Positions 61,703-64,000 of a stretch of 64,000 nt of DNA are shown in pieces; within the stretch, counting starts at the first letter, position 1, and every line of letters starts with the position of its first letter. The stretch lies in assembly GCA_964252035.1 (NCBI GenBank), contig OZ176216.1. One strand, 5' to 3'. Below the pieces are notes generated by a model, which saw only the letters and a list, made by a program, of their open reading frames with translations, ran no database searches and had not been told where the DNA came from. Both the position numbers and the translations under genes were made by a program. This stretch comes from Podarcis erhardii (lineage: Eukaryota).

Positions 61703-63392
61703 TATGCTCTGAATGTTCTTCAGATGTACGGTGTGGCTCTGCTCATAATCCTTCTCCATTTTTTTTTTTTTTTTTGGTCTGGAAAATGTCTTATAAGCTA
61801 CGTACAAAGCATAAAACAATCCAGCAAAAATTTCTGAGTGCATCTCATTTTTATTATTTATTTAAAGCAGGTGTGGGGGATCTCCCTCCCTCCAGATGTT
61901 GCTCGACTACAACTCCCATCATTCTTGACCATTGGCTGTGCTGACTGGGGCGGTAGTCCAGCAACATCTGGGGAGACGCAGCTTTTCCCACCCCCAATTT
62001 AAGGTGTTTATACCCCACCCTTTAGCAATACAAATCAGTTTTCAAGCAGTCCCTGCACTCAGGCTCATAATCTGAAAAGGTATGAAACATGAGGGAAAAG
62101 GAATGGGTAAAGCAAACCTCAAGCACAAATTCACTGACAGCCAATGTCAGTGGTGGTTCTCCGTATCGTGCCTTTGGGTAACTATATCTAGTAAAAGCAG
62201 TGGTTTAACTGAGATAGATACACAGCCCAAAGTGGTAGAAAAGTCACCAGTAGAGTAATCATGTGTACAACCTGCCCCCTTGCTATTTTCCGTCTAAGTT
62301 CCAAAATTTCCAGAACAGGTTATGATTTCACATGGTATACCCTGAGTAACGATCAGCTTTCATTTTCAAACTGTTGGCTTTGGATTATTGGCAACTTTTA
62401 CGCACCCAAATTTAGAAGAAAATTTCAGAGTTCCTCCTCCTTAAAGGCCTTGTCTTTAAACATTTAAACACAAACCACATCCAAAACTTTGGCACGGATC
62501 TGTCATTTTTGCTGGCGATTATTTACCTCTCATTTTTCATGTTTCCCCAGGATGAAAAATGAGCAAGCAACTAATGTGTATCTTGCCTCCCGTAAAAACA
62601 ACAACAGCTCAGCTCTCAGGGCCAAATTCAATTAAAAAATTACACCAGACTCCTGTGGGTTTGTTTGTTTTTTAGCAATTCCGCACCACCACTCCAGCCC
62701 CCTGGCACAACAATTTTGCTTTATTGAACTGGGCTCTTGATTTAGCTGGAAAACATTTTGAGCAATGATCAAGGTATTGAGTTGCTTGATGTAATATTAA
62801 ATTCATAGCAAAAATTCCTGGGTTTGCATTAACAGGAAAATCAAACTTTTGACCCCAGAATTTGAACTCTAACTCTTGACCTCCTCCTGAGCCCACTGCT
62901 CCTTATTAATAATGCTTTTATTATATTTCACAAAATTTATTCCGCCTTTGCTAATATTTTGGAGGGGAAAGTACACTGTGTGCAGAACTCAAGGCCTCCT
63001 GTTCTTCCAGCCTTGCATATCTCTCCTCTGATGTTTAGCATGTTAGCAGTCATTACCTATGCACTTCCAAGCACATTTTCCACTAGCCCTGCTGACTGGA
63101 CTGATAGAAGTTAATAACAAATAACATCCTCAGGGCAACAGTTTAAAACTGTTAGCACTCCTTCTAAACCCAGGGGTTAGATTAGGTTTTTAGACAAATT
63201 CATAGAAGATAAGGCTTCAGCAGCTACGAACTCGGATGGCTATGTTCTGTTAGAGGCAGTATGCCTCTGAATGTCAGTTGCTGGGAATGACAGGTGAGGA
63301 GAGTGCAGGTGTGCTTGGGTCCTGCTAGCAGGCTTCCTATAGGCATCTGGTTGACCACAGTTGAAACTAGGATGCTGGACTAGATGGGCCAT

Positions 63393-63620
63393 CCTTGGAA
63401 ATTTGCATTCTCCAAAGTTTGTAATGCCTCTCTCCAACCCAAAATGTACAAGAATGCATTGTGTTAGGGGACATTGCATACATTGGACAAAATTGCATAT
63501 AAAATTCATATATAAAAATGTACATACAAAATTTCTATGTTTGTTTGTTTTTTAAAATGCAAACTGATGTAAAAGTGGGGCAAACTGAGAAACCAGCATT
63601 GACAGAGTTGTCCATCCCTA
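63393..63620 (+). repeat. Unclassified repeat, partial copy
   Basis: aaatgtacaagaatgcattgtgttaggg...aaaattgcata...actgatgtaaa...gttgtccatcccta matches copies 1 and 2. Confidence 0.6.
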
Positions 63621-63688
63621 AAGGAAATATTAAAATATTGCAGGTTGCCCTTAGCCTTTAGAATTGGGCAAGGCTATCAAGTGAATAA

Positions 63689-64000
<312 letters not shown>

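Overview
Vertebrate genomic DNA, almost certainly from a squamate reptile. The SINE/LINE repertoire (Sauria SINE, Squam3, BovB, young L2) points to a lacertid lizard; this is inferred from repeats only. The whole window lies inside the + strand BCAS3 gene. Three coding exons are visible (15406-15499, 43540-43673, and 63809 to the window end), separated by 28.0-kb and 20.1-kb GT-AG introns. The introns hold a near full-length, lightly decayed two-ORF L2 LINE (~22.9-27.7 kb), two L1 3' fragments (one with a 17-bp TSD), a BovB fragment with an 11-bp TSD, and many CR1 3' ends. They also hold at least three SINE families, hAT and Tc2-type MITEs, LTR-like sequences, a Penelope-like remnant, microsatellites, a 132-N assembly gap and several repeat-free blocks that look like conserved enhancers. 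Most notable: (i) a hammerhead ribozyme core with palindromic stems on the pre-mRNA strand at 52911-52948; (ii) an L2 ORF1/ORF2 junction reading TGA-CAG-TTA-ATG in one frame, which matches the viral CARYYA read-through context and also contains a TAATG stop-start overlap. Family names come from recalled consensus sequences, not from a database search, and most repeat boundaries are approximate.
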